In this document: positions 31,576 through 50,570 of the stretch, one piece after another
How the letters are laid out: each line of letters starts with the position of its first letter
How positions within the stretch are numbered: position 1 is the stretch's first letter
Assembly: GCF_009914755.1 (NCBI RefSeq)
Contig: NC_060925.1
Source of the DNA: the human T2T-CHM13v2.0 reference genome, Homo sapiens
DNA length: 64,000 nt
Strand: one strand, 5' to 3'
Program-made: the position numbers and the translations under genes
The notes under the pieces: generated by a model
The model's input: only the letters and a program-made list of their open reading frames with translations
The model's database searches: none
Told to the model about the DNA's origin: nothing

Positions 31576-32557
31576 CTTCCCAGTTTTCCTCTGACATTGC
31601 TGAGATGCCCCAGGGCATATCTCATCCACATTTCATTCCCACAGCACCCAGGCTACTGCTGGTGTTACCTTGTCCACAGCAACTGAGCTGGAGTTTTCTC
31701 AGCCTCCAAGACTAGTCCTGTTTTTAAATGTGATCTCTGCACTTCTTGGCTGTGGTACCTGAACCTAAACTACAATATTCTTTAACCGTACATGGGAAAT
31801 TAATGCTGCCTGACTTCTACTAACTTTCCTAGTACTCCTCCTCTTCTTTCATTTCTTTTGTTTTGGTCATTTGTACCTCAGAATCAACACCTTATTTTAT
31901 TCTACCCTGTTTTAAAATTGTCTTTGTTTCATACATACAGTTTTGCCATTTATTTTTCGATGTGTTTATTGATAGAGACTTCCATCTCCTTAGATGATAA
32001 ACACTTTAGGAGAAGAGATTAGGTGTTATTTTTCTATAGCATACCCTACAATATGCAGCATAATTCTACCATAGACACAAAGTATAAACTGAGGACATTC
32101 TTTTTCACACAGGCTCAAAGATGCACTGAGGAATAAATTGTGTAATAGGTAACTATAACTCAGCAAGAAATTTCTTTCTTTCTTTCTTTTTTCCTAACTG
32201 AGATATCAAGGCAAAGAAATTTCTATATGGTAATAGGGCACACTCTTGCATGTCGACATATCCCTTTCACTCACGGTACTACCACCATCCAGCCCTAAAA
32301 TAGTTGAAAGGCAGCAAGCCTCTGATCTGGGCTCCTCAGACCTGGTATATTCCTCTCCTCCATAGGCTGCTGAGGCGCTGATCTGAGATGTGCTTCCATA
32401 AGGAACAAGGCAGTAGAGGAGGAGCCAAGATGGCCAAATAGGAACAGCTCCGGTCTACGGCTCCCAGCGTGAGAGATGCAAAAGACGGGTGATTTCTGCA
32501 TTTCCATCAGAGGTACCGGGTTCATCTCACTAGGGAGTGCCAGACAGTGGGCGTGGG

Positions 32558-32866
32558 TCAGTGGGTGTGCGCACCGTGCGCGAGCCGAAGCAGGGCGAGG
32601 CATTGCCTCACTCGGGAAGCGCAAGGGGTCAGGGAGTTCCCTTTCCTAGTCAAAGAAAGGGGTGACAGATGGCACCTGGAAAATCGGGTCACTCCCACCC
32701 GAATACTGCGCTTTTCCGACGGGCTTAAAAAATGGCGCACCACGAGATTATATCCCGCACCCGGCTGGGAGGGTCCTACGCCCACGGAGTCTCGCTGATT
32801 GCTAGCACAGCAGTCTGAGATCAAACTGCAAGGTGGCAGCGAGGCTAGGGGAGGGGCGCCCGCCAT
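32558..32866 (-). CDS. L1 antisense ORF0 (102 aa, extended older-L1 form)
   Basis: MAGAPPLASLPPCSLISDCCASNQRDSVGVGP... matches the known ORF0 N-terminus. ATG at 32866 in GCAATGG context and open to the stop at 32558. Expression unknown. Confidence 0.65.
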   Translation of the reverse strand: MAGAPPLASLPPCSLISDCCASNQRDSVGVGPSQPGAGYNLVVRHFLSPSEKRSIRVGVTRFSRCHLSPLSLTRKGNSLTPCASRVRQCLALLRLAHGAHTH

Positions 32867-33321
32867 TGCCCAGGCTTGCTTAGGTAAACAAAGCAGCCGG
32901 GAAGCTCCAACTGGGTGGAGCCCACCACAGCTCAAGGAGGCCTGCCTGCCTCTGTAGGCTCCACCTCTGGGGGCAGGGCACAGACAAACAAAAAGACAGC
33001 AGTAACCTCTGCAGACTTAAATGTCCCTGTCTGACAGCTTTGAAGAGAGCAGTGGTTCTCCCAGCATGCAGCTGGAGATCTGAGAATGGGCAGACTGCCT
33101 CCTCAAGTGGGTCCCTGACCCCTGACCCCCGAGCAGCCTAACTGGGAGGCACCCCCTAGCAGGGGCACACTGACACCTCACACAGCCGGGTACTCCAACA
33201 GACCTGCAGCTGAGGGTCCTGTCTGTTAGAAGGAAAACTAACAAGCAGAAAGGACATCCACACCAAAAACCCATCTGTACATCACCATCATCAAAGACCA
33301 AAAGTAGATGAAACCACAAAG

Positions 33322-34335
33322 ATGGGGAAAAAACAGAGCAGAAAAACTGGAAACTCTAAAAAGCAGAGCACCTCTCCTCCTCCAAAGGAACGCAGTTCCT
33401 CACCAGCAACAGAACAAAGCTGGACGGAGAATGACTTTGATGAGCTGAGAGAAGTCTTCAGACGATCAAATTACTCCGAGCTACAGGAGGACATTCAAAC
33501 CAAAGGCAAAGAAGTTGAAAACTTTGAAAAAAATTTAAAAGAATGTATAACTAGAATAACCAATACAGAGAAGTGCTTAAAGGAGCTGATGGAGCTGAAA
33601 ACCAAGGCTCAAGAACTACATGAAGAATGCAGAAGCCTCAGGAGCTGATGCGATCAACTGGAAGAAAGGGTATCAGCGATGGAAGATGAAATGAATGAAG
33701 TGAAGCTAGAAGGGAAGTTTAGAGAAAAAAGAATAAAAAGAAATGAGCAAAGCCTCCAAGAAATATGGGACTATGTGAAAAGACCAAATCTACGTCTGAT
33801 TGGTGTACCTGAAAGTGATGGGGAGAATGGAACCAAGTTGGAAAACACTCTGCAGGATATTATCCAGGAGAACTTCCCCAATCTAGCAAGGCAGGCCAAC
33901 ATTCAGATTCAGGAAATACAGAGAATGCCACAAAGATACTCCTCGAGAAGAGCAACTCCAAAACACATAATTGTCAGATTCACCAAAGTTGAAATGAAGG
34001 AAAAAATGTTAAGGGCAGCCAGAGAGAAAGTTCGGGTTACCCTCAAAGGGAAGCCCATCAGACTAACAGCGGATCTCTCGGCAGAAACTCTACAAGCCAG
34101 AAGAGAGTGGGGGCCAATATTCAACATTCTTAAAGAAAAGAATTTTCAACCCAGAATTTCATATCCAGCCAAACTAAGCTTCATAAGTGAAGGAGAAATA
34201 AAATACTTTACAGACAAGCAAATGCTGAGAGATTTTGTCACCACCAGGCCTGCCCTAAAAGAGCTCCTGAAGGAAGCACTAAACATGGAAAGGAACAACT
34301 GGTACCAGCCGCTGCAAAATCATGCCAAAATGTAA
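33322..34335 (+). pseudogene. L1 ORF1p, disrupted
   Basis: MGKKQSRK...LQNHAKM with a premature TGA at 33646-33648 (CGA>TGA relative to consensus). Confidence 0.93.
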
Positions 34336-34383
34336 AGACCATCGAGACTAGGAAGAAACTGCATCAACTAACGAGCAAAATAA

Positions 34384-38222
<3,839 letters not shown>

Positions 38223-38730
38223 ACAATGAGAACACATGGACACAGGAAGGGGAACATCACACTCTGGGGACTGTTGTGGGGTGGGGGGAGAGGGGAGGGA
38301 TAGCACTGGGAGATATACCTAATGCTAGATGACGAGTTAGTGGGTGCAGCGCACCAGCATGGCACATGTATACATATGTAACTAACCTGCACATTGTACA
38401 CATGTACCCTAAATCTTAAAGTATAATACTAATTAAAAAATAAAGAAAGAAAGAAATGCTTAGTAAATGGGAAAAAAAGGAACAAGGCAGGTAGAGGCAC
38501 TGGAGCACTACATTCAACATGTATTACCCTGTATTTTTAATCAATTCATTAATATTCTTTCTTCTGCTTATTTGCTAGTTTCAAGTAAAAATGAAAATCT
38601 CAACCGTGTCATTATTCATGCCAAGCCTTAAACCTGGATCAAGCTTTTCTATCTAATGTCACTCATCAAAGACAATTGTAAATCCTTCATCTACCTTATC
38701 TTATCTAATACTCACAAAAACAAAGGGTGA

Positions 38731-39071
38731 TATGGCAGAGACAGTTACAGTGCTCACCAATGACTGCAAAATGTCCGCATCTCCCAGCCTCACTTGCAGA
38801 TAGATGGGGACCATGGAACTAGTTCCCACCAAAGAACTATGAGTAGAAATAGCATGTGTCTGGAGCCAAAGAAGTTAAAAGCTGACATGCCTCCTCCATC
38901 CCTCTTTTCTCCTGCAATAATTATCTTGGCTTGGAAGCCACAAGAGAAGATGAGCTGACAGATCCACACTGGAATCTACAAGAGTGAAAAATATAATTTC
39001 ATTGTGTTAAACCACTAAGATTTCAGAATTTGTCTGTTATAACAGCATAGCCTATCCTGTCCTGACAAACA
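38731..39071 (+). mobile_element. MLT1 (I/J-like) LTR
   Basis: CCCAGCCTCACTTGCAG... and TGTTATAACAGCATAGCCTATCCTG end motifs. Confidence 0.6.
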
Positions 39072-40867
39072 TAGATAATATTTGGAATATGTAATAACTA
39101 GTACAGAACAGGCACTAACATATTAGAATGAATGCAATGACCAATGAATGAACGTCATCGGCTGTACATGACTGACATGGCCATATGAGTCCATACCAGT
39201 TAAATAGCGATGAAAACAACTCTACAAATTTATCCCAGTTTTATAATTGATGAAACAGAAGCATTGAGAGCTTGCCTAAGACAATGACTTGTAAATGGCA
39301 GAGTAGGAATTCAAATCAGCTGTTTGATACATAGACCATTCTCTTTCTATCTCAACATTCTGCTTCCTACTTGTTGAATGATGCCTAAATTACCCGAACA
39401 ATTAATTCATCATGACTGCAGTAGAAGTGTCCGAATACTTCATTGTTTATTTAAACCATAGGGCATGGTCCAATCGTATATGTTTATTCTTGTTGAATTT
39501 TCTGTAACTTGAACTCATTCTTGCCTCTGTATAGGATGTCAGTATTATATTTTGCTTTTCCTTTCAAATTTGCCTTTTGTCATTATTAATCATTAACCCT
39601 GAAACTGTATTATTTAAGGGGATACATCCAACTTTATGACATAACATATATTAAAAATGCAAGAGAAAATTAAATTGGATGAAGTGCTTGGCTTTTGGCA
39701 TAGTTCTTTTGCTCCTGCTGCTCATTCTTCATTTAAATTCATAAGTCTCTTTTCTCCATGACAGGATAATCATCTCCACAGCAACTAACTATTATATCAC
39801 AAAGGACTATGCCTGTGAGTGAGAACAGATCAGCAGGAGCTGAGCAACACTTAAGCAACAGAGATTCTATTTGCACACAAATATCTCTAATTATAATAAG
39901 CTAAGGAAGAAATATATCATTCCCTCCCCAACTCCCCCCCATAATACAAGCAGAGCTCTCTCTACATGGTTTCTCTCATTAAAAAATGGTGCTTTCAACC
40001 ACAAATGTGTTTAACAAGAGCATATTCCCATATAGAGATGATATCACCTGTTACTGTCAGGCAAATGTGTGTCTAGACTGAAAAGCAGGCACTGGTTGAA
40101 TTAAAATCACACAGACTTACTCCACGATTTAGAGTAGAAGTCAAAGCAGGATCTGTGTGTTACACAGATCCTGTGTAGACAGCTAATAACATCCAAAAAA
40201 AAAAAAACAATAAACAAAAACCTCTTTAAAAGTAAAAGGGAAGGTATAAAAATTGCCACTTGGCCAAAAGATATATATTACCAGAGCTTCTCTTTCCAAA
40301 GAGGATACTTAAAATGGTGTGGTCAAGAGCTGGCATAATTTGACTAATCATAATAATTGTAAGATACTTTAAATTTGAAGTGGGCTTGAACATTTTACAA
40401 CACAATCTCAAAGTAGCACTTTTACTGGCAAGCAGAATTCTCTAGGAGAGCTGAAACTGCAGTATTACACTGGTGATCAAATCCAAGAGAACAGTGGATG
40501 TCTATCAGATTCTGCCTATGACCCACTATTTTACACTGGTTTCATAGAATTTAAAATTGAATCATATTTATAATCTATAATACAGGATCTTACAAGTGAC
40601 ATGCTTGAAGAATATCAATGTTGCCTCTCCCACTAGATGATAAGCATCTTGAGGGCAGGCAGTATGCCTTGTATCATTATGCTATTTTCTATAACACTAA
40701 GGGCAATCTATGATAAAGAGCTATTGTCTCAATTTAATATTGAAATGACAAGGTCCTCAGACATATGACAACAGGAACAAAAATAATTGAAGTTGAGTCT
40801 TTTTTTTTTTTTGTCCCAAAGCTCAAATGAGTTGTGTAGTGAAGGGCTCCAAAATTCACTACTCTAT

Positions 40868-41163
40868 TTGTGTGTGTATGTGTGTGTGAGACAGGGTCTC
40901 ACTCTGTCACCTGGGCTGGAGTGTAGTGGCATGATCATGGCTCACTGCAGCCTGACCTCTCCAGGTTCAAGTGATCCTCCCACCTCAGCCTCCCCGGTAG
41001 CTAGGATAGGACTACAGCCATGTGCTACCATGCCTGGCTAATTTTTGTATTTTTTGTAGAGATGGGGTTTCACCATGTTGCCCAGGCTGGTCTCGAACTC
41101 CTGAGCTCAAGCAATCTACTCACCTCAGCCTCCCAAAGTGCTAGGATTACAGGTATGAGCCAC
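40868..41163 (-). mobile_element. AluJ with (TG)-converted tail
   Basis: Reverse dimeric Alu. Confidence 0.88.
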
Positions 41164-41189
41164 AAGTCTCCACACCACTCTTAAATAGG

Positions 41190-41447
41190 CATTGTCACAA
41201 AACTATTATATGTCCCATCTATTCTCCTAAAAGTCCATAAGTCTTTCCAGAAAGTCATTTGTTTTCCCATAAATACTCTTCTCCTCCCCTTCCCTGTTGA
41301 AATGGCATATAGGTCCCAATTTATGTGTAGTCCTGTACATAAATGATTCAATCTATTTTCTTGCTAATCTGTTCTTTGTCAGTTTCACTTGAAAGCCTCC
41401 AAAAATTGAATCTAAGAGGGTAAAGGAAAATGTGTTCTCCCTGGCAG
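41190..41447 (+). mobile_element. ERV1 LTR fragment (MER34/MER39-like)
   Basis: TTTTCTTGCTAATCTGTTCTTTGTCAGTTT... resembles the 3' LTR text at 46890-46983. Confidence 0.5.
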
Positions 41448-41842
41448 TTGTAAGGGGACCACCACTCTGGATTCTGTCATCACTGGAGCCCTCCCAAGTC
41501 ATCTAACCCATTCATCCAGTTAAATGTCATCAGGAGAATGACATTGAACCCTCAGCCAGATCCCATTATCAGCCATCTCAAAGAAGCTTCTTCTTATCAC
41601 CTAAAATCTCTAGCCCACCTCCCACCCCCACTTTCATGCCCATCTCTTCTCTCTTAATCATCTTTATTGTCACTTTCTTTGTGCTGATGACTTGATGGAG
41701 GAAGTCAGCAAACTTGGTTGACATGGCTTTCTATAAATTCACACTTTTCACTTCAATGGGGCCCATACTGCTGCCCAATAATCTGCCCAGTAATGCCCAG
41801 TAATTTAGTTATTTTTTACTGATTCCTTAAAATCATCTATGT

Positions 41843-42094
41843 CAGGGATAATATTCAAAATTTTTAACAACTAGTATGACAGAGGCATCAACCTTAAATT
41901 GATATGGCTGTAGAGCAGGGTCTGAGAGAGGACCCGGGTACGTTTTGCATTTACCCTTTCATTGCTGATTGAGGGCCTGGGGGAGAAGCTGAGGTTACCT
42001 GAGCAGCAGATACTTGCCAACTGATAGGGAAGTGTGTCAATATTTTAACAACCAGTACAGCTGTATGATTTGAAGCAAGTAAATATCAGCTCTA
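41843..42094. mobile_element. Possible hAT-type MITE remnant
   Basis: Imperfect TIRs CAGGGATAATATT / AATATCAGCTCTA and internal repeat TTTTAACAAC(T/C)AGTA. Confidence 0.35.
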
Positions 42095-42159
42095 CTACAA
42101 GTTTTCCAAAAATGATCTTTCCTTTTTTTCTTGCCTCCATTCAACATCTACTTTCCTTT

Positions 42160-42500
42160 TTATCTGTTAACAAACATTTGTTGAACAGCAGGCACCGTTC
42201 TAAGTAAACAAAAAAGACAAAAACGCCCCGTTCTTATGGTCTTACATTCTAGCGAGGGGTGACAGAAAACAAATACAGTAGGTAAATTATATCGTATATT
42301 TGACAGTAATAAGAGCTATGGAAAAAGAGAAAAAGAAGAAACTAAAGGGGTTCCAGATTGCAGAGAGCAGGTTAAGATATGGTGCTAGAGTTGGCCTCAC
42401 TGAGAAGAGGACTTGAAGGAAATGGGAGATGAACTGCATGGGTGACTGGGGGCAAAGCATTTGAGACAGAGGAAACAGGCCATGCACACGCTTATGTTCT
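42160..42500 (-). mobile_element. L2 3' end
   Basis: AACAAACATTTGTTGAAC...CTTACATTCTAG. Confidence 0.7.
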
Positions 42501-42575
42501 AGGGACTCATCCTCATCCAAAGACGATTAACCTCCAACCTCCTTCTTTATAGAGATCAAAGTTATTTGTAAGTAA

Positions 42576-43071
<496 letters not shown>

Positions 43072-43419
43072 TTGATATTAAGTTACATTTAAAACACTGC
43101 CACTCACCCTAAATATTTTTTCCAATTACAGCCTACTTCTGCCAATCAAAATCAAAGCCTTCAACTTCCTCATCACACACGTTCTCCTTAGCCTGTCACT
43201 TCTACCTTCTACCCTCTTCAAACAACTTAAACTGATCTCTGGAAAATCAGCAAAGACCCCAACTTCAAACTGCACCTGTTTACAGTTCTGTCAACTGACA
43301 ATTGTCACCATCCAGGGAAGACTTGAGTTTGGAAGGAAATACCTACCTACAATTACTTGTATTAAAATAAATATCCAGTTTGTTAAAATTGTACGTTTTA
43401 AAACAAAGCTTTAAAATTC

Positions 43420-44627
<1,208 letters not shown>

Positions 44628-44630
<3 letters not shown>

Positions 44631-44772
44631 TTTTTTGAGACAGAGTCTTGCTGTAGAGATGGGGCTTCGCCATGTTGGCCAGGCTGGTCTTCAACTCATG
44701 ACCTCAAGTGATCTGCCCATCTTGGCCTCCCAAAGTGCTGGGATTACAGGCATGAGCCACTGCACCTGGCCC
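44628..44772 (-). mobile_element. Internally deleted AluS
   Basis: Tail plus ~16 nt of right arm fused directly to the left arm. Confidence 0.8.
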
Positions 44773-45433
44773 CTTCTAAAATAAAACTTTATTATTAAGT
44801 TCAACTTCTTCTATTTATAAATCCAATTATTTTAAAAATAAAGAACAATTTGATTTGTTCTTAGGTTAATATGCAATTTGTTATTAGTAATAAAAGACTA
44901 AATTCCCCTAAAATATTTTAAACTATGTTTTTGTATTTTACACATTTTATTCAAATATTTCAAATATCTGACAGAATAAACTTTCAAACCTAAAAAACAC
45001 AATCTACCTAAACATTTAAATAACCAACAAACACATAGATTTTCACAATAATTACAAAACATATCTCTAAACTGATGAAAAATAAGCATTCTATAAATTT
45101 GAGCCACACTATTACCTTATATACATTTCCACGGTTTCACAATCACTTATTCAACAAGAGTAGCAGACTTTCCATCTTATTCAGCCTAAAATTTGGAGCT
45201 GCAGGAGTGCCACAGATTTGGGTTCTGTCAGGGATTCTGAACCTGGGGCCAGTTCCTGAGCCCCTTCTTACAGTAATGGGCCTCCTGTTGTTTGCCCATT
45301 TTCTTGCAACCTAGTGTATCAAATGCCCTCTTACCCATTTAAAAAAAAAAAGGCAACCTGTTTTACAACATTAATTGCGTATTGTAACTCTGGCTCCTTT
45401 CTGCTCAACTGACTGGGTTCTGTATCACTTTCT

Positions 45434-45729
45434 GTGTCTTTCTTTCGCCTTTTTTTTTCTCTCTCTGTCACCCAGGCTGGAGTGCAATGGTTCAATCTCG
45501 GCTCACTGCAAACTCTGCCTCCCGGTTCAAGCGAGTCTCCTGCCTCAGCCTCCCAAGTAGCTGGGATTACAGGCGCCTGCCACCACACCTGGCTAATTTT
45601 TCATATTTTTAGTAGAGAAGGGGTTTGCCATGTTGACCAGGCTAGTCTCAAACTCCTGACCTCAGGTGATCTGCCTGCCTTGGCCTCCCAAAGTGCTAAG
45701 ATTACAGGTGTGAGCGAGCACACCCGGCC
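45434..45729 (-). mobile_element. AluSx-like
   Basis: Reverse dimeric Alu. Confidence 0.88.
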
Positions 45730-45833
45730 GTTTGGACTTCTTTTTATTGACAGACCCCTTCAATTTAAGACAGCTTAGACTATTATTGACTGTCCTCTCC
45801 TTTTTAAACTAAAAAAAAATTAATTAAAAAAAA

Positions 45834-45952
45834 AAAGCCTATAGCACCAGGTAATCCTAGGTGGTCTCCCATCCAGTACTAACCAGGCCTGACCCTGGTT
45901 AGCTTCTGAGATCAGATGAGATGGGCACATTCAGGTTGGTATGACTGCAAAC
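45834..45952 (-). pseudogene. RNA5SP72: 5S rRNA pseudogene, near full length
   Basis: Reverse complement aligns end-to-end with 5S rRNA (...CTGATCTCAGAAGCTAACCAGGGTCAGGCCTGGTTAGTACTGGATGGGAGACC...GGCTTT), with CpG decay and small deletions. The symbol is recalled from the NIBAN1 neighbourhood and is unverified. Confidence 0.92.
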
Positions 45953-46439
45953 ATGGCTTCTCCTATTTAGAAACTATTTCCCCTGCTTTCTTGAGGCTAC
46001 AGTCTCATAGGCTTCCTCTTATGTGACTACACTGCATCTTTCATTCTCCGATCCTCTCACTGATTCTTCCTTCCCACACAGTATAAAAGTAAACTTCCTC
46101 TAAGGCTCAGTTCAGAGCCTTCTAGTTCCATCTCCTCTCTTGGGATCGTCACCTCCTTCACCTTTCAGCTTATGACCACGACCTTCCAATCTGCATCTGT
46201 ATTTCCAGTTTCTTTCCTAAGCTCAGGTCTTTGTTTTCTATTTACAAAAGTGGACATTTGCACTTAGATTTCTTACCTTTAATTGAAACTCAATTCATCT
46301 AAAATAAAATTCTTTATTTTTTCCACAAACTAGCAACCCCTCATAATTTCCCTTATTAGTACTAGCATTTTGTGAGGCCCAACACTTGAAAAGCATTGGC
46401 CTTATAAAAAGAGATAAGAGGGATTTTAAGGTCAAAGGA

Positions 46440-46983
46440 GTAGCAGGAATGATGGAACGAAATTAACGCATCGGGACAGAAGCTCCAAAACACTAGAGTT
46501 TACGGGTTGCATTTGACAGGGCTAATGTTCCACCAAAATGGCATAAAGACTACTTGAAGTCATTTGGAATACAGCTGATGCGATGCAGAAAGAAGCCTTT
46601 TCTGAGCTTCCCTTATCTGATAAAGGCAGAGCTTTTAGAATGAAGTTGTCATAAATCTCCTCTCTCAGAGACCTTTCAGCCAGCTAGGACACTGACCTTT
46701 ACCTCCAGGGATGAAAATTGTATGAACAAACTTTATTACCAACTGTCTCATTTGTTTCCCTAGAAAATCTATCTTCTGCCCAATCCCTCTTTTCTTTATT
46801 CAGCCATTACCATTATTCAGCCATATAAACCATTACCCCCGCTATTCAGATAGCCACTTGCTTGTGTGTTGCTGCAAGCATGCGAATAAATTTTGTCTTT
46901 TCTCCTGTTAGTCTATTGTCAGTTAACTTTTAATCCACAGTCCCTCAGTAAAGTTGGTGGAGAAAAGGTTTTCCTCCCAACAC
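46440..46983 (+). mobile_element. ERV1 solo LTR (MER34/MER39-like)
   Basis: CATATAAA box, AATAAA near 46885, TTTTCCTCCCAACA end. Confidence 0.6.
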
Positions 46984-47053
46984 ATTCCCAATGTGTGGCT
47001 TAATCTCTAAGGAACAAAGTTTTCCCAGACCAAATTAAAGCTCTGTAACTTTA

Positions 47054-47421
<368 letters not shown>

Positions 47422-47649
47422 GCTATTTTAACAAAACAAATCTGAAGTGCTTTTCCTATCAGAAACACTAACATCAGAGAGACCATAGCTACCCAGAGTA
47501 GGGGTTCTGGTACACTCAAACAAAACCTTGGTGATCTGAGTCCTCTCTTACTCTTACTTCTCATATTCAGTCTGATCCCAACCCAGATTTTTCTTTCTAT
47601 GTCTCTCATATGCCTGTGTTCCTTTCTGTGGTGAGATATGAGTCTGAAG

Positions 47650-47909
47650 AAATCATGGTGGAAGGCAAGGAGGGGCAAGTCACATCTTACGTGGATGGTG
47701 GCAGTCAAAAAAAAACTTGCACAGGGAAACTGCCATTTTTAAAAGCATCGAATCTCCTAAGACTCATTCACTATCATGAGAACAGTGCAGGAAAGACCCA
47801 CCCCCCGTGATTCAATCATCTCCCACTGGGCTCCTCCCATGACAAGTGGGAACTGTGGGAGTTACAATTCAAGATGAGATCTGGGTGGAGACACAGCCAA
47901 ATCATGTCA
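47650..47909 (+). mobile_element. THE1-type MaLR LTR, partial
   Basis: GGAAGGCAAGGAGGGGCAAGTCACATCTTAC...ACAATTCAAGATGAGATCTGGGTGG...CACAGCCAAA. Confidence 0.8.
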
Positions 47910-48133
47910 CCAGCATTCCTCCTGTTTCAAGGTCTGCTTCCTGATGTAACTACTTGGACAGAATATGCACACCTCCACAAGGACAAGCAGCTGATGGTTG
48001 GCAGGGCATAGTTTGAAGCCATTACTACTCAAGGATCATTCTTCCAAAGGAAACACAGTCTACAGAAATGCAGCTCTACCTGCATCAGTTTTTTATTCCT
48101 GCACAGAATACATTAGCCTTTAGAGCCACGATT

Positions 48134-48848
48134 CTGAGAAATAATCCTGACACCCCCTCACTGGATTAAACCAGTTCCCCTTGTCCTCGGAGACCCTAAA
48201 AGCTAAGAAAAAGTTCACTGAGATACTGGCCATGCAGAATGGAAGATGGTTATGCCTCAGTATACCCCTTCCTTATTAACCTTTAACCAGAATTCTTTCC
48301 TAAGGAGTAAGCAGAAACCAGCTCTGGAAAACAAGAAATGAATGACTCATTCCTTTATTGCTGTTAGCCAGTCATCGCAGGCCATGACTGGATGTTTTGC
48401 AATTTCTGTACCACAACTGACCAGCATTTCTTCTTAACAAGAGACCTTCAACCATGGGGGGGGTACTGGTTGATCTATGGAAGATGCACAGTGAGGGTTT
48501 TCCTGTCCTCTGCTTCACATGTTGACATCAGAGAGCTAAAAACTCCACCCTTAGGTCATGGTGACACTGCTATTTTTTGAACCTGCGATCCATGAAGAGG
48601 CCTAAAGCTCAATTGTGCATATGCATGTTTCTCCTTTCATAAACATTCATGATGCCTCATATAGCTTATTAAATATATCTATTTGGGTACCCCATCCAGC
48701 ATAAATTCCTGTTCCTTTTACCCCTCCCTTGAAGCACTGTGTCTTCATGTCCACTGGAAGCTCCGCTTCCTCCTACGGGTTTTGGTACCTTTAGGAATAA
48801 AGCTCTCTATTTTAAATTTATAGAATATTGTTACTTTTGTGGTCCACA
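48134..48848 (+). mobile_element. MER50-family ERV1 solo LTR
   Basis: GCCTCAGTATACCCC, AAGCTCAATTGTGCATATGCATGTTTCTCC and GGAATAAAGCTCTC motifs; ends in CA. Confidence 0.7.
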
Positions 48849-48919
48849 GTTCCTCAAGATCTCCATTAAGATGTCAGAGTCTTAGTGTCGAGTTGTGGAA
48901 ATGAGAAACACACAGAGAC

Positions 48920-50570
<1,651 letters not shown>

